64,000 nt of DNA from Longimicrobiales bacterium (GTDB lineage: Bacteria; Gemmatimonadota; Gemmatimonadetes; Longimicrobiales; Gaopeijiaceae). The stretch spans positions 2,624,001 through 2,688,000 of the forward strand of contig CBDFMQ010000002.1 of the NCBI GenBank assembly GCA_965249725.1. Reading direction: 5' to 3'. The notes below the pieces were generated by a model that ran no database searches, had not been told where the DNA came from, and was given only the letters and a program-made list of their open reading frames with translations. Of the stretch, positions 28,225 to 38,909 are shown one piece after another; positions within the stretch are counted from its first letter, which is position 1; each line of letters starts with the position of its first letter. Both the position numbers and the translations under genes were made by a program.

Positions 28225-28340
28225 TCAGTTAGCGGGCTGAGCCCGGCGTGTCGACTACGTTGCTGTGCTGCTGACTCCCTCGAGGCAAGGGCTGATGTGG
28301 CCGGTGCGGAGTAGGCACGTCGGGTGACCTGGGCCCGGGC

Positions 28341-29738
28341 CTACCCTTCGGGGAGCCCGGGCTCTGTCATTTTCCGCACGTCGAGGGCCTCGTCCACTTT
28401 GTCGGGACTGATCAGGTCGAGTTTCTCTACGACCTCGCGCACGGACACGCCGTCTCGCGCAGCCTCCTTAGCGACCTCGGCGGCCTTGTCGTATCCGATG
28501 TAAGGATTGAGCGCCGTAGCGATCGAAGGGTTCCTCTCGAGCAGCTCCCGCGTTCTCTCCTCGTTCACTTCGATGCCTGCGACGCACCGGTCCGTGAAGG
28601 TCGTTGCCATGTTTGCCAGAAGCGTTACGGACTCCAGCAGCGCGTGGGCCATCACCGGCATCATGACGTTGAGCTCGAAGTTGCCGCGCTGGCCTGCCAC
28701 AGTCACGGTCGTGTGGTTCCCCATCACCCGAGCGGCCACCATCATCATCGCCTCGGACATGACCGGGTTCACCTTGCCGGGCATGATCGAGCTCCCGGGC
28801 TGTATCGCGGGAATTCGGATCTCCGAGATTCCCGAGGTCGGGCCACTGGCCAGCCACCTGAGATCATCGGAGATCTTGAAGAAGCTGACCGCGATCGTGT
28901 TGAGCGTTCCGGCTGCATCGACCACGGCGTCCTTGGCGGCCTGAGCCTCGAAGTGATTCTCCGCTTCACGGAACTCGAGCTCCAACTCTGCGACAATCCT
29001 GGCGATCGTCTTCGAGGCGAACTCCGGATGCGTGTTAATCCCGGTACCCACGGCGGTTCCGCCCAGAGCCAGCTCGGCGAGGCCCGCCGACGCGCCACGT
29101 ACTCGCTCGATACCCTTGGTCAGCTGGTGGGCATAGCCACCGAACTGCTGACCTAGTCGAATGGGGGTGGCATCCATCAGGTGCGTACGGCCCGACTTGA
29201 GCACGTGATCAAAGGCCTCGGCCTTGGCCGCTAGAGCGTCCCGGAGGTGAGTGAGCGCAGGGATCAGATCTCGCTCCATCGCAACGCGGGCGGAGATATG
29301 GATTGCCGAGGGGATGGTGTCGTTGGAGGACTGGCCGAAATTCACGTGGTCGTTCGGGTGTACCCGACCCGCTTCCCCACCGAGGATCTGATCGGCCCGA
29401 TGCGCCACGACTTCGTTGGCGTTCATGTTGGTCGAGGTGCCGGATCCGGTCTGGTAAATGTCCAGCACGAACTCGCCATCCCACTTGCCGCCCGCCACCT
29501 CGTCGGCGGCTGACGCGATCGCCTCGGCGATCTCGGCATCCAGGTGGCCGAGCTCCAGATTCGTCAGCGCCGCGCCCTTCTTGATGAGCCCCATCGCCTG
29601 GATGAAGCCTCGTCCGAAGCGCTGCCCGCTGATCGGGAAATTCTCGAACGCTCTCTGGGTCTGCGCCCCGTACAACGCAGCGCTGGGCACCTGCACCTCG
29701 CCCAGGGAGTCTCTTTCAGTGCGATAACCGTCGGACAT
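28341..29738 (-). CDS. fumC: Class II fumarate hydratase
   Basis: QTGSGTSTNMN, GRTHLMDA, GSSIMPGKVNP, GNFELNV. Confidence 0.93.
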   Translation of the reverse strand: MSDGYRTERDSLGEVQVPSAALYGAQTQRAFENFPISGQRFGRGFIQAMGLIKKGAALTNLELGHLDAEIAEAIASAADEVAGGKWDGEFVLDIYQTGSGTSTNMNANEVVAHRADQILGGEAGRVHPNDHVNFGQSSNDTIPSAIHISARVAMERDLIPALTHLRDALAAKAEAFDHVLKSGRTHLMDATPIRLGQQFGGYAHQLTKGIERVRGASAGLAELALGGTAVGTGINTHPEFASKTIARIVAELELEFREAENHFEAQAAKDAVVDAAGTLNTIAVSFFKISDDLRWLASGPTSGISEIRIPAIQPGSSIMPGKVNPVMSEAMMMVAARVMGNHTTVTVAGQRGNFELNVMMPVMAHALLESVTLLANMATTFTDRCVAGIEVNEERTRELLERNPSIATALNPYIGYDKAAEVAKEAARDGVSVREVVEKLDLISPDKVDEALDVRKMTEPGLPEG

Positions 29739-29814
29739 GCCTTGCCTCGTGGTTGTGGCGTGATCATCTCACGGTCTGACATACCCCGAAGCTACGGCAT
29801 CGCACCGCGATCCG

Positions 29815-30534
29815 TCAGCGCTTGGGCGGACGGCTGGGCCGCATCTCGACTCGGCTGACGTGAGAGTTCGCGGGATACGACAGGAGGTGTAGGGCCGCAG
29901 CGGCCACATCGTCCGCACCCAGGGCCCACTCCCGCTCCGGACCAACCTCGTGATCGGAAAACGTCGTGTTCACGCTCCCAGGCATGATGATGCTCACCCG
30001 AATCCCCGAATGGCGCAGATCCAACATCATGGCCTCGGTCATGCCCAACAGACCGAACTTGCTGGCGTTGTAGCCAGTGCCGCCGGCAAACGCATTGCGC
30101 GAGGCGAGTGAGCCGATGTTGATAATCCACCCCTCCGTGGCCTTCAGGTGTGGCACCGCCGCCTTCGAGCAGCAGAACACGCCTCGGAGGTTGGTATCGA
30201 TCTGGCTTTGCCAGTCGTCCAGCGAGAGATCCTCGATGGAGCCGAACAACCCCACGCCCGCGTTGTTGACCAGCACGTCGAGGCGCCCCAGCTCCTGCAC
30301 GGCGGCTTCGATGAGTCGGTCACACTCGTCGGCCCGACTGACGTCCGCGGCGATCCCCACCACCCGCCCGGAGCTGGCGCCGTCCACCTCGGCGGCAACC
30401 TGCGAGACGTCCTCAGCCGTGCGAGCACTCACCGCCACGTCGGCACCCGCGCCTGCGAGGGCTTCGGCGACGGAGCGGCCGATGCCCTTCGTACCTCCGG
30501 TTACGACGCAGGCCTTACCTATGAGATCCACCAC
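29815..30534 (-). CDS. SDR family oxidoreductase
   Basis: TGGTKGIG, NNAG, YNASK. Confidence 0.92.
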   Translation of the reverse strand: MVDLIGKACVVTGGTKGIGRSVAEALAGAGADVAVSARTAEDVSQVAAEVDGASSGRVVGIAADVSRADECDRLIEAAVQELGRLDVLVNNAGVGLFGSIEDLSLDDWQSQIDTNLRGVFCCSKAAVPHLKATEGWIINIGSLASRNAFAGGTGYNASKFGLLGMTEAMMLDLRHSGIRVSIIMPGSVNTTFSDHEVGPEREWALGADDVAAAALHLLSYPANSHVSRVEMRPSRPPKR

Positions 30535-30537
30535 CGC

Positions 30538-31539
30538 CTAGTCCCCGGCCACGGCACCTGAGGTGACGCTCTCGACCCCTCCGTGCGCCAACCAGCGCTC
30601 CGCATCGAGCGCCGCCATGCATCCGGTTCCGGCAGCGCTGATCGCCTGCTTGTAGTAGTCGTCCATCACGTCACCGGCAGCGAAGACGCCCGGCACAGAT
30701 GTCTCGGTGCGCCACGCAACGGGCGTCTCGACCCATCCGTTGGGCGTGAGCTCGACTTGGCCGTCCAGGAACTCGGTGTTGGGCGTATGACCGATCGCCA
30801 CGAACAGCCCGCCCACCTCGAGACGACGCGCCTCACCCGTCTGCGTGCCCTCGAGCATGACCGCGGTGATCACATCGTCACCCTCGACATCCGTCACGAC
30901 CTGATTCCACTCGAAGCGGATCCTCTCTTCGGCGAACGCCCGGTCCTGCATGATCTTCGAGGCCCGGAGCTCGTCGCGGCGATGCACGACCACGACGTCC
31001 TTGGCGAACTTGGCCATATAGAGGGCATCCTCCATAGCGCTGTCTCCACCCCCGACGATGGCGATCACCTGATCACGGAAGTGGGGGAGCGCACCGTCGC
31101 ATACGGCACAGGCCGAAACCCCTCCGCCACTCTGGGCCAAACGCTCCTCGTTAGGGAGTCCGATCCACTGAGCGTTGGCGCCCGTAGCAATGATGACCGT
31201 GTCACTCTCGATCTCGGTTCCACCACTGGTCGTGAGCAACAGCGGACGCACCGAGAAGTCGACCTTCACCACATCCTCGGTGACCACCCGCGTATCGAAG
31301 CGGACCGCTTGGGCCTTGAATTGGTCCATCATCTCGATTCCCGTGATCCCCTCGGGAAAACCCGGATAGTTCTCTACCTCGGTGGTATACATCAACTGTC
31401 CACCGGGAATCATGGTCCTGCTTCCGGCGCCCTCGACCACGAAGGGGTGCAGGCTCGCGCGGGCGGCGTAGATGGCGGCGGTCCAGGCCGCGGGGCCCGA
31501 CCCAATGATGACGACTTGTTCGCTTTGACGTTCAGGCAT
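30538..31539 (-). CDS. trxB: Thioredoxin-disulfide reductase
   Basis: GSGPA, VSACAVCDG, GGGDSA, FAAGDV. Confidence 0.95.
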   Translation of the reverse strand: MPERQSEQVVIIGSGPAAWTAAIYAARASLHPFVVEGAGSRTMIPGGQLMYTTEVENYPGFPEGITGIEMMDQFKAQAVRFDTRVVTEDVVKVDFSVRPLLLTTSGGTEIESDTVIIATGANAQWIGLPNEERLAQSGGGVSACAVCDGALPHFRDQVIAIVGGGDSAMEDALYMAKFAKDVVVVHRRDELRASKIMQDRAFAEERIRFEWNQVVTDVEGDDVITAVMLEGTQTGEARRLEVGGLFVAIGHTPNTEFLDGQVELTPNGWVETPVAWRTETSVPGVFAAGDVMDDYYKQAISAAGTGCMAALDAERWLAHGGVESVTSGAVAGD

Positions 31540-31560
31540 GGTTCTCGTCCATTCAGCCCT

Positions 31561-32568
31561 CTACTTGTCTTTGAAGATGGCCAGGTTCGTGGAGTGGCCG
31601 GGATTCACGCGAGCCTCGGGATCCAAATAGTGCGCAGCGTTGTTCACGGCGATGGCGGCTTCGGCGTATCCGGTGGCGATGAGATCGATCTTGCCGGGAT
31701 ACGACACGACGTCCCCGGCCCCGTAAACGCCGGGGATCGACGTCTGCATGAGTTGACTCACCACGATCCTGTTCTTGTCGAGCTCCAGACCCCACGACTT
31801 GATGGGACCGAGATCGGGCTTGAACCCAAGGAAGCACAGCACCGCGTCGACATCTAGGTGCAGGTCCTCATCTGTGCGGTTGTCGTAGATGGTCGCGGAC
31901 TCGACGGCTTCGCCTCCACGGATCTCTCGGACCTCGTAGAAGGTCCTCAAATCGATCTCCCCTGACGCATGGGCTGCATGCAGCTGCGCGATCGACGCCT
32001 CGTGGGCCCGAAAGCCGTCCCGGCGATGCACCATAGTGAGCTGCTCTGCCCGGTCCTTGAGACTGAGCGCCCAGTCCAGCGCCGAGTCTCCGCCGCCGAC
32101 GAGGAGCACCTTCTTGCCTACATATTCGTCCGGGTCCTTCACCGCGTAGTAGATCCCGCTGCCGAGCAGCTCCTCGTACCCGGGGCAGGCGAGGTGCCGA
32201 GGCTCGAAGGCTCCCTTGCCGCCAGCGATGAGAACGGCCCGGCTGGCGTACTCTCCGCCCCTGCACCGGAAGACGAAATGGTCTCCGTCCTTCTCGAGGT
32301 CGCGGACCTCTTCGTCCAGAACCACGTCCGGATCGAACTGGGTCCCTTGGGTGATCATGTCCCGGGCCAGGTCCTTGGCCAGAATCTTGGGGATTCCACC
32401 GACGTCGAAGACGTTTTTTTCGGGATAGAGAGCCATGAGTTGGCCCCCTAGCTCGGGCAGGGAGTCGATGATGCGCGTCGAGACACCCCTGAGCCCTGCA
32501 TAGAATGCACCGAAGAGGCCCGTGGGTCCGCCTCCGATGATCGTGATGTCCCGTACGTCGTCTTGCAT
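31561..32568 (-). CDS. Ferredoxin-NADP(+) reductase (TrxR-like, YumC type)
   Basis: GGQLMALYPEK, GGGDSALDW, no CxxC, C-terminal PGHST. Confidence 0.9.
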   Translation of the reverse strand: MQDDVRDITIIGGGPTGLFGAFYAGLRGVSTRIIDSLPELGGQLMALYPEKNVFDVGGIPKILAKDLARDMITQGTQFDPDVVLDEEVRDLEKDGDHFVFRCRGGEYASRAVLIAGGKGAFEPRHLACPGYEELLGSGIYYAVKDPDEYVGKKVLLVGGGDSALDWALSLKDRAEQLTMVHRRDGFRAHEASIAQLHAAHASGEIDLRTFYEVREIRGGEAVESATIYDNRTDEDLHLDVDAVLCFLGFKPDLGPIKSWGLELDKNRIVVSQLMQTSIPGVYGAGDVVSYPGKIDLIATGYAEAAIAVNNAAHYLDPEARVNPGHSTNLAIFKDK

Positions 32569-32704
32569 GCTCTATCTGGATGGGCCAGGCGCAGCCGACT
32601 GGCGGTCGGTCTTCGATGAATCAGCAGCCTGAAGTCTAACTTCGGACGGGAGGAGGTCCAACCGGATCAGGGGCGGTGGAGAAGAGGTCACTCGAAGTGA
32701 GTGA

Positions 32705-33967
32705 CTAGGGGCCCTCGACGGACCCCTCCTGCCCTCCGACGAAGAGCTCGGACCCGCGGTAACGCTCGAATCCGCGCACCACGAGCAGCTTGACTCCAAC
32801 CGCGGCCGGCACGCCCACCAGAAGGCCCACGAACCCGAAGAAGAAGCCGCCCACCGACAAGGCGAGCACGATCCACACCGGGTGAAGTCCCACGGACTCG
32901 CCAACAATACGGGGGCTGATGAAGCTGCCCTCCAGGATCTGCGTGAAGCCGTACACGCCGGCCACCTTTATCAGCGACGTCACCACGTTGCCACTCACCA
33001 AGGCGACAATGATCGCCGGAATGATGCTGAGAACGAGCCCGAGGAACGGGATCAGTCCCAGTACGCCTACCAATCCCCCCAAGAGGAATGGATAGGGAAA
33101 GCGAACGACGAACAGGAGCACACCGGTTAGGACACCGAGGATGACGGCCACGGTGACCTGTCCCCGGAGGTAGTTGGCCAACAGGGCATCGTACTCCGTT
33201 GCGAAGTCCACGATGGCAGCTTCGCGAGAGCGTGGCAGCAGGGGCCTGACCTGCCCGAGGATCTTGTCATAGTCCCGGAGCAGGTAAAAGGTGAGCACCG
33301 GTGTGAGGACCACGTATCCGACCAGGGTCGCCACCGATCCCAGTCCCCTTCCCAGGCCCAGAACGCTGGCCCACGCCCCGCTCGCCAGGCTCGTGCGACG
33401 CTCATGCAGGAACGTCACGACCTGAGCGGGATCGAGTGTCCGCAGATCCGGCAGTGACTCCTGATCCAGGCCGGGGATGTTCGCCAGGAGAACACGCTCG
33501 CGAAGTCCGTTGACCCAACCACCCACCCGGTCCAACAGAGTCGGTGCCGCCTCGATGAGCTGATCGATCTGAACGATCAAGGCCGGAATCCCGAAGAGCA
33601 CGAGCACTACACAGAGCGCCACCACCGGCAACCCGAGAAGGACGATGGCCAGGGTGCGGCCCACGCCGCGACGCTCGAGAGCGTCGACCGCCGGATCCAG
33701 CATGTACGCCAGTACGAAGCCCAGGACGAACGGGGCGAGCAGGAAGCCCGTCGTGGCAAGCAGCCAATACAGGGTGAGAATCGCCGCGACAAAGACGATT
33801 AGCCCATGTCCCTGCACCTCGCGGAAGGGCAGCAGCAGCACTACCAGGATCCAGAAGAGGAGGAAGGGGTTCAGCAGGCCCTGGATGCTGAACAAGAAGA
33901 GGCCCAGCACGAGGAGGGCCGCGAGAGCCTGCAATGCCCTCCACGCCGACTGCGCGTTGGTCATCAT
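32705..33967 (-). CDS. AI-2E family transporter
   Basis: LAYMLDP, YLRGQ, LIPFLG, PRIVGESVGLHP. Confidence 0.92.
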   Translation of the reverse strand: MMTNAQSAWRALQALAALLVLGLFLFSIQGLLNPFLLFWILVVLLLPFREVQGHGLIVFVAAILTLYWLLATTGFLLAPFVLGFVLAYMLDPAVDALERRGVGRTLAIVLLGLPVVALCVVLVLFGIPALIVQIDQLIEAAPTLLDRVGGWVNGLRERVLLANIPGLDQESLPDLRTLDPAQVVTFLHERRTSLASGAWASVLGLGRGLGSVATLVGYVVLTPVLTFYLLRDYDKILGQVRPLLPRSREAAIVDFATEYDALLANYLRGQVTVAVILGVLTGVLLFVVRFPYPFLLGGLVGVLGLIPFLGLVLSIIPAIIVALVSGNVVTSLIKVAGVYGFTQILEGSFISPRIVGESVGLHPVWIVLALSVGGFFFGFVGLLVGVPAAVGVKLLVVRGFERYRGSELFVGGQEGSVEGP

Positions 33968-34416
33968 ACGATGTCCTTCACTTCATTCGACTCCAAAGCT
34001 GCAGCGGCCCGCTCGACGACTTCCCTGGCATTGTCATAGGCGACCGTGGTGATGGCGTCCGGCACCGGCAACCACTGGCACTCGGTGATTCCCTCCTCGA
34101 CCTCGGGTCGGGCGTCACCGTCTCGCGAAGCCATCAGGAAGTACTCGCAGAACTTGTGGACCAGATCGCCCTTCAGGCGAAAGTACCAATCGATGGTCCC
34201 GAGCGACGGGCCCACCCTCAACTCGTCGAGCCCCGTTTCCTCTCCGACCTCACGGACCGCCGCTTCATCCGAACTCTCCTTGCCCTCGAGATGGCCCTTG
34301 GGCAATCCCCACTTCCCGTAGGGATCCTTGATCAGCAGGAAGTGCACCGAGCCCTCGATCCTGCGTGCCACCACGCCGCCGGAGCTCCTCTCGATCCTCG
34401 CCCGGGGCTTCGCCAT
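33964..34416 (-). CDS. NUDIX hydrolase
   Basis: Nudix box GHLEGKESSDEAAVREVGEETG. Confidence 0.93.
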   Translation of the reverse strand: MAKPRARIERSSGGVVARRIEGSVHFLLIKDPYGKWGLPKGHLEGKESSDEAAVREVGEETGLDELRVGPSLGTIDWYFRLKGDLVHKFCEYFLMASRDGDARPEVEEGITECQWLPVPDAITTVAYDNAREVVERAAAALESNEVKDIV

Positions 34417-34427
34417 CAGTCGCTGCG

Positions 34428-35438
34428 CTAGAAAATGGAGAGCCGCACGTACTTGCGCGGATTCGCCCGGATGTCCTGCATGAGAAGGTTGAGCTCCTCC
34501 AACAGGCCCTCTGCGCGAGCCGCGAACGCAGTATCGGAAATGAGCCGACCAAGGGATCCTTCTCCCTGCTCCACTCGATCCGTGATCCGGCTCAAGGCCA
34601 GCATGGTCGAGTCGGCCAGAGCCAGTGTCTTGGTGAGTCTCTCGGATGCGGAGGATATTTCGCTGGGTACGTCCCTCAAGCCCTCCGTGATGACCCGAGT
34701 GTTTACCAGAATGGAGTCCACGTCACCGGAAGAGAGCACGGCGTCGATACTCTCCAATGACCCCCGAGCCGCAGTGATTGCCGTGGCGATCTCGTCCGCA
34801 GACGTCCTGACGTCCTCCGCGATGTCCGTGATCTGGGTGGACTGCTCTTCGACAACCCTCCCCAGGGTGGCCGTGAGTTGCTCCATGTTGTCGATGGCTT
34901 GGGCGAGTTGATCGGCGGTTTCGTCGCTGAAGGCACGATCGAAGCGGTCGGTTAGGGAGGCGAGGTTCTGGGCCACTTCGTCGGCAACGGCCGTGAGGCG
35001 CGACAGGTCCGGGAGGGTGAACCCTCCCAGCACCCGTATCCCGTCCTCGAACCGGGCATCCGCCGGAACCTCATAGAAGTCGAAGCTCGGAAAGCGTGCG
35101 CTGGTCACGATCTCGGCCTGCCAGTCCCCAAACATCGACTCCGGCGCGATGACGACCGCCGCGTCTTGTTCCAGAATCCAGTCGCCTTCGAGGAGTAACT
35201 CGATCCGTACCGCGGCACCGCCCGCGACGACCGAGATATTCCCCACCTGCCCGATGCTCACTCCCCTGAACTTCACACCGTTTCCGCTGGCGAGTTGACC
35301 GGCGTCGCGGAGAAGCACGTGGATCTCCGTCTCGGTGCTGCCAAACCGCTTGCCCTGCAGCCAGAGCGAGCCGAAGACGCCCACGACCAGGCCGGCGAGA
35401 ACGACCGAACCGACGAGCAGTTCACGGCGGCGCGTCAC
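34428..35438 (-). CDS. mlaD: MCE/MlaD family protein
   Basis: N-terminal TM, MCE motif VKFRGVSIGQV, helical region, GEGSLGRL and NPRKY tail. Confidence 0.88.
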   Translation of the reverse strand: MTRRRELLVGSVVLAGLVVGVFGSLWLQGKRFGSTETEIHVLLRDAGQLASGNGVKFRGVSIGQVGNISVVAGGAAVRIELLLEGDWILEQDAAVVIAPESMFGDWQAEIVTSARFPSFDFYEVPADARFEDGIRVLGGFTLPDLSRLTAVADEVAQNLASLTDRFDRAFSDETADQLAQAIDNMEQLTATLGRVVEEQSTQITDIAEDVRTSADEIATAITAARGSLESIDAVLSSGDVDSILVNTRVITEGLRDVPSEISSASERLTKTLALADSTMLALSRITDRVEQGEGSLGRLISDTAFAARAEGLLEELNLLMQDIRANPRKYVRLSIF

Positions 35439-36184
35439 TGCAGGGACTCCATCAGCTCCGGCCGGCCCTCGATGAAGGCCCTGAGCAGCGGGTCGGTCGA
35501 CTCCTGGGTCTCTTCGACCGTGCCGACGGTCCGGAGGCGGCCCTCATAGAGCATGGCGATCCGGTCGGAGATGCGGTACGCGCTCTCCATGTCGTGTGTG
35601 ATGACGATACCGGTCACACCCAGCTCCTCACTCATCCGGATAATCAGGCGGTCGATGATGGTAACGGTGATCGGATCGAGTCCGGTGGTCGGCTCATCAT
35701 ACAACAAGTACTTGGGTCTTGTTGCGATGGCCCGCGCCAGGCCCGCCCTCTTCACCATACCCCCAGAGAGCTCGGATGGGTAGCGGCTCTCGACCCCCTC
35801 GAGGTCGACCAGCGAGAGACACTCGCGCACGCGGGCGCGGATCTCCTCCTCGTACATATCGGGGATGCGGCGGAGGCCCATCGCTACGTTTTCGGCGATG
35901 GTCATGGAGTCGAAGAGCGCAGCGAACTGGAAGACGTATCCGACGTTGCGGCGCAGCTCGGAAAGATCGTCCCCCTCGAGCTCGGCGATATTCTGCCCGT
36001 CCACCCACACTCCCCCGCTGTCCGGTTGGATGAGGCCCACGAGGTGCTTGAGCGTGACCGACTTCCCGGCCCCGGAGGCTCCGATAATGCTCAACGTCTC
36101 TCCCTCGTGAACTTCGAGGGAGAATCCCCGGAGGATCTGCTTCATCCCGAACGCCTTATGGACGTCGTCGAGGCGAATACTCAC
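35435..36184 (-). CDS. mlaF: MlaF-type ABC ATPase
   Basis: GASGAGKS, FQFAALFDS, LSGGM, DEPTTGLDP; GTG overlaps mlaE stop. Confidence 0.9.
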   Translation of the reverse strand: MSIRLDDVHKAFGMKQILRGFSLEVHEGETLSIIGASGAGKSVTLKHLVGLIQPDSGGVWVDGQNIAELEGDDLSELRRNVGYVFQFAALFDSMTIAENVAMGLRRIPDMYEEEIRARVRECLSLVDLEGVESRYPSELSGGMVKRAGLARAIATRPKYLLYDEPTTGLDPITVTIIDRLIIRMSEELGVTGIVITHDMESAYRISDRIAMLYEGRLRTVGTVEETQESTDPLLRAFIEGRPELMESLQ

Positions 36185-36963
36185 AGCAGGACCAGTGCCC
36201 AGAAGGCGTCTAGGACGAGAATCAGCATGCTCGCCAACACGACCGACCGCGTGGCGGAGATGCCGACACCCGCTGCCCCGCCCTTGGTGTGGAAGCCGTA
36301 AAACGACCCCACTCCGGTCACGATCAGGCCGAAGCTCGTGCTCTTGATGGCAGCGAACTGCACGTCCCACGGCTCGAAGAAGAGCTTGAGTCCCTTGAGG
36401 AATTCGGCGCTCGACATGTCGAGCAGGGCCATCGACGCCGCCCAGCCGGCCACGACTCCCATCGCGCTTGCGAGGACCACGACGATCGGGAACATGAGGA
36501 CTCCGGCCAGCACACGGGGCACGACCAGGTACGCCAGAGGATCGTAGGCCAACGTCTCGAGAGCGTCGATCTGCTCCGTTACCCGCATGGTGCCGATCTC
36601 CGCCGAGATGCTCGCCCCGACTCTCCCGGAAAGCGACAGGCCGGTGAGTACTGGGCCCAGCTCCAGGATCATGGTCTTACCGACCAGAGTCCCTACGAAG
36701 TACATGGGGATGGCGCCCGTGAACGTATACGACGCCTGGAGCGCCAGTACGATGCCGGTGAAGGTCGCGATGAAGAGGGCGATGGGAACGGAGGCGACAC
36801 CTACGGCCACCAACTGGGGCATCAGGTTGGGGCCCCAGATCTCTACGTTCTTCAGGGCCCGCGTCGCACCCGCCGCGAGATAGCTCGCCCTTCCGAGCGA
36901 TCGCAAGGCGCCCAACGTCCAACGGCCGACATACCGTACGGGAGCCACAATGGTGCCGTTCAT
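36181..36963 (-). CDS. mlaE: MlaE-type ABC permease
   Basis: ELGPVLT, AEIGTMRVTEQIDAL, YLVVPR, GGAAGVG. Confidence 0.93.
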   Translation of the reverse strand: MNGTIVAPVRYVGRWTLGALRSLGRASYLAAGATRALKNVEIWGPNLMPQLVAVGVASVPIALFIATFTGIVLALQASYTFTGAIPMYFVGTLVGKTMILELGPVLTGLSLSGRVGASISAEIGTMRVTEQIDALETLAYDPLAYLVVPRVLAGVLMFPIVVVLASAMGVVAGWAASMALLDMSSAEFLKGLKLFFEPWDVQFAAIKSTSFGLIVTGVGSFYGFHTKGGAAGVGISATRSVVLASMLILVLDAFWALVLL

Positions 36964-37064
36964 GGACGGAACATAGCCGAGCCGCGATTGCAGTGGCTAG
37001 TGCACTCTGGTCGTGTCTGGGGGGACCGCGGGGAGGGGCGGAGGATGGCTGGCTGCGACCCGGT

Positions 37065-37424
37065 TCAGCCTCGCGACGCCATCGGCATGTCGTCTTCCAG
37101 CGTGTACACGATCTCTTCGACCCCGCCGTCCGCCGTCGGGATCATGCAAGTAACCTGCACTCTGGACACCAGCTGGTACGGATCCGACACCGCAACTTCC
37201 ATATCGACGCCCTGACCCGGTGACATGATGCGGGTACGCACCCGCTCGCCGGGACTCAGCTCACGTCTCTTCGCTGGATTGCGAAAGAGGGTCTTCGTGG
37301 ACTGCCGACCGCTATCGAGCGTCCGGGTGACCTTGACCAACCGGAGCCAGTCCGGCTGATAGTTGATCTGGTACTCGAACCCCTGCTGGTCCGCGCCCTT
37401 GCCCTCCCGGTTGTGCCTCCCCAT
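37065..37424 (-). CDS. Hypothetical protein
   Basis: 119-aa ORF with GGAGG RBS. Confidence 0.7.
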   Translation of the reverse strand: MGRHNREGKGADQQGFEYQINYQPDWLRLVKVTRTLDSGRQSTKTLFRNPAKRRELSPGERVRTRIMSPGQGVDMEVAVSDPYQLVSRVQVTCMIPTADGGVEEIVYTLEDDMPMASRG

Positions 37425-37574
37425 GTACCCTCCGGTAAAAAATAGCAAAAAAGCGAGAGGTAAACGAATGTTTCTCCGGCGCCGGAAATTGTCAAGTTTC
37501 TCTTCCTGAAAAACCGGAAAGCGCTTTTGCTATTTGGTGTTTCCCGGGATGGCGAGAAACGAATTCACGCCAAC

Positions 37575-38732
37575 TCAGAATCGTACAGGGAGGGGTACAA
37601 AGGTCAGAAAAAAGATCAAGATGGCCGAGAACGCGATCGCGATTCGCACCGGATCCAGTTTCACTTGGGGCTGAAACACCTTCGGGTGGGCCAGGCGACC
37701 CCGGCTCAAGAACACCGCGATGCCGGCCCACAGCCACCAGCCCCACCACAGTCGCCCAAGGGGGAGCAAGACCAGCAGCAGGACCACCGCTGCCCACTTC
37801 TGTGCCCTATCCGAGAGGGCATGGAGGATGTGGCCACCATCCAGCTGGCCGAAAGGAAGCAGGTTGAGGAAGGTGACGAACAGGCCGATCCAAGCCGCGA
37901 ACGCGACGGGATGCAGGAGGACGGCGTCTACTCCCAGGTCGGCGGCAAAGAAGAGCTGAAGGATCGCCTCGACCACCAGGCCCGAGCCCAACCAGATCGG
38001 TTGGCCTGCGAATTCGACCAACATGGGCATGCCGGCTTCGGTCGCGGGGACCGTCTCTGAAAGCGCGAGTCCCACGACGAGGAGCAGGACGGAGAGAACG
38101 AAGCTCGCGATAGGACCTCCCACTCCGATGTCGAGGAGGACCGAACGTCTCACGAGGGGGCCACGTATCCGGATGAAGGCACCCAGAGTCCCGATGGCGG
38201 AGTAGTAGGCGGGAAAGGGAATGAAGTACGGAAGGCTGGCGGGAACCCGGTGGCGTCGTGCCATGAGAAAGTGGCCCATTTCATGGACCATCAGGATGGT
38301 CATCAGCGCAAGAGCGAACGGCGCGCCCGCTGCCATGCTCCCCCAATGCACAGTGGTGGGAACGGGCACCCAGGCACCCCAAAACTCGACGAATTCCGTC
38401 GCCAGGGGGTCGATCCCGAGTAAGAGGGCACCCGCCATGAACGTGGTGAACAACGTGAGCAAGAGAAGGAGTCCATGGATCAACCAGGGCCGAGGCCTGG
38501 CCCTCGGGCTCGCTCGCAGGAGGGCCACCTCAACGCCCTGATCCGTGTCGGCCAGATAGGTCGGGCCATCCCAATCCCGAAGGGCGGCCGAGACCAACGG
38601 ATCCTCAGGCTCCAGGTCCGATCGCAGTTCCCCGACGACGAGTTCCGTGTCTCCCATCAGGCCGATGCGGTACGTGGCCAAAATGGTCATCCAACTGCCT
38701 GACGGACTCTTGACCACTTCACCGTCGGACAT
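37575..38732 (-). CDS. Site-2 protease (M50 family)
   Basis: HEMGH and NLLPFGQLDGGH; several TMs. Confidence 0.92.
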   Translation of the reverse strand: MSDGEVVKSPSGSWMTILATYRIGLMGDTELVVGELRSDLEPEDPLVSAALRDWDGPTYLADTDQGVEVALLRASPRARPRPWLIHGLLLLLTLFTTFMAGALLLGIDPLATEFVEFWGAWVPVPTTVHWGSMAAGAPFALALMTILMVHEMGHFLMARRHRVPASLPYFIPFPAYYSAIGTLGAFIRIRGPLVRRSVLLDIGVGGPIASFVLSVLLLVVGLALSETVPATEAGMPMLVEFAGQPIWLGSGLVVEAILQLFFAADLGVDAVLLHPVAFAAWIGLFVTFLNLLPFGQLDGGHILHALSDRAQKWAAVVLLLVLLPLGRLWWGWWLWAGIAVFLSRGRLAHPKVFQPQVKLDPVRIAIAFSAILIFFLTFVPLPVRF

Positions 38733-38909
38733 TAAGATCGACTCGGTTCCTTCAGAACACCCCCACGCTTGGCCCCCGCCACCTGGGCGAGGAACTCTCC
38801 ATACCCTTCGTAGGTTTTGTCTTCGTGTTCCCCTCCAGCCTGACGCACTAGCCCCCGACCTGCCCTCTCGGCCGTCTTGCCGTAGGTGGCGTGCAAACCC
38901 GGAGTAGAA

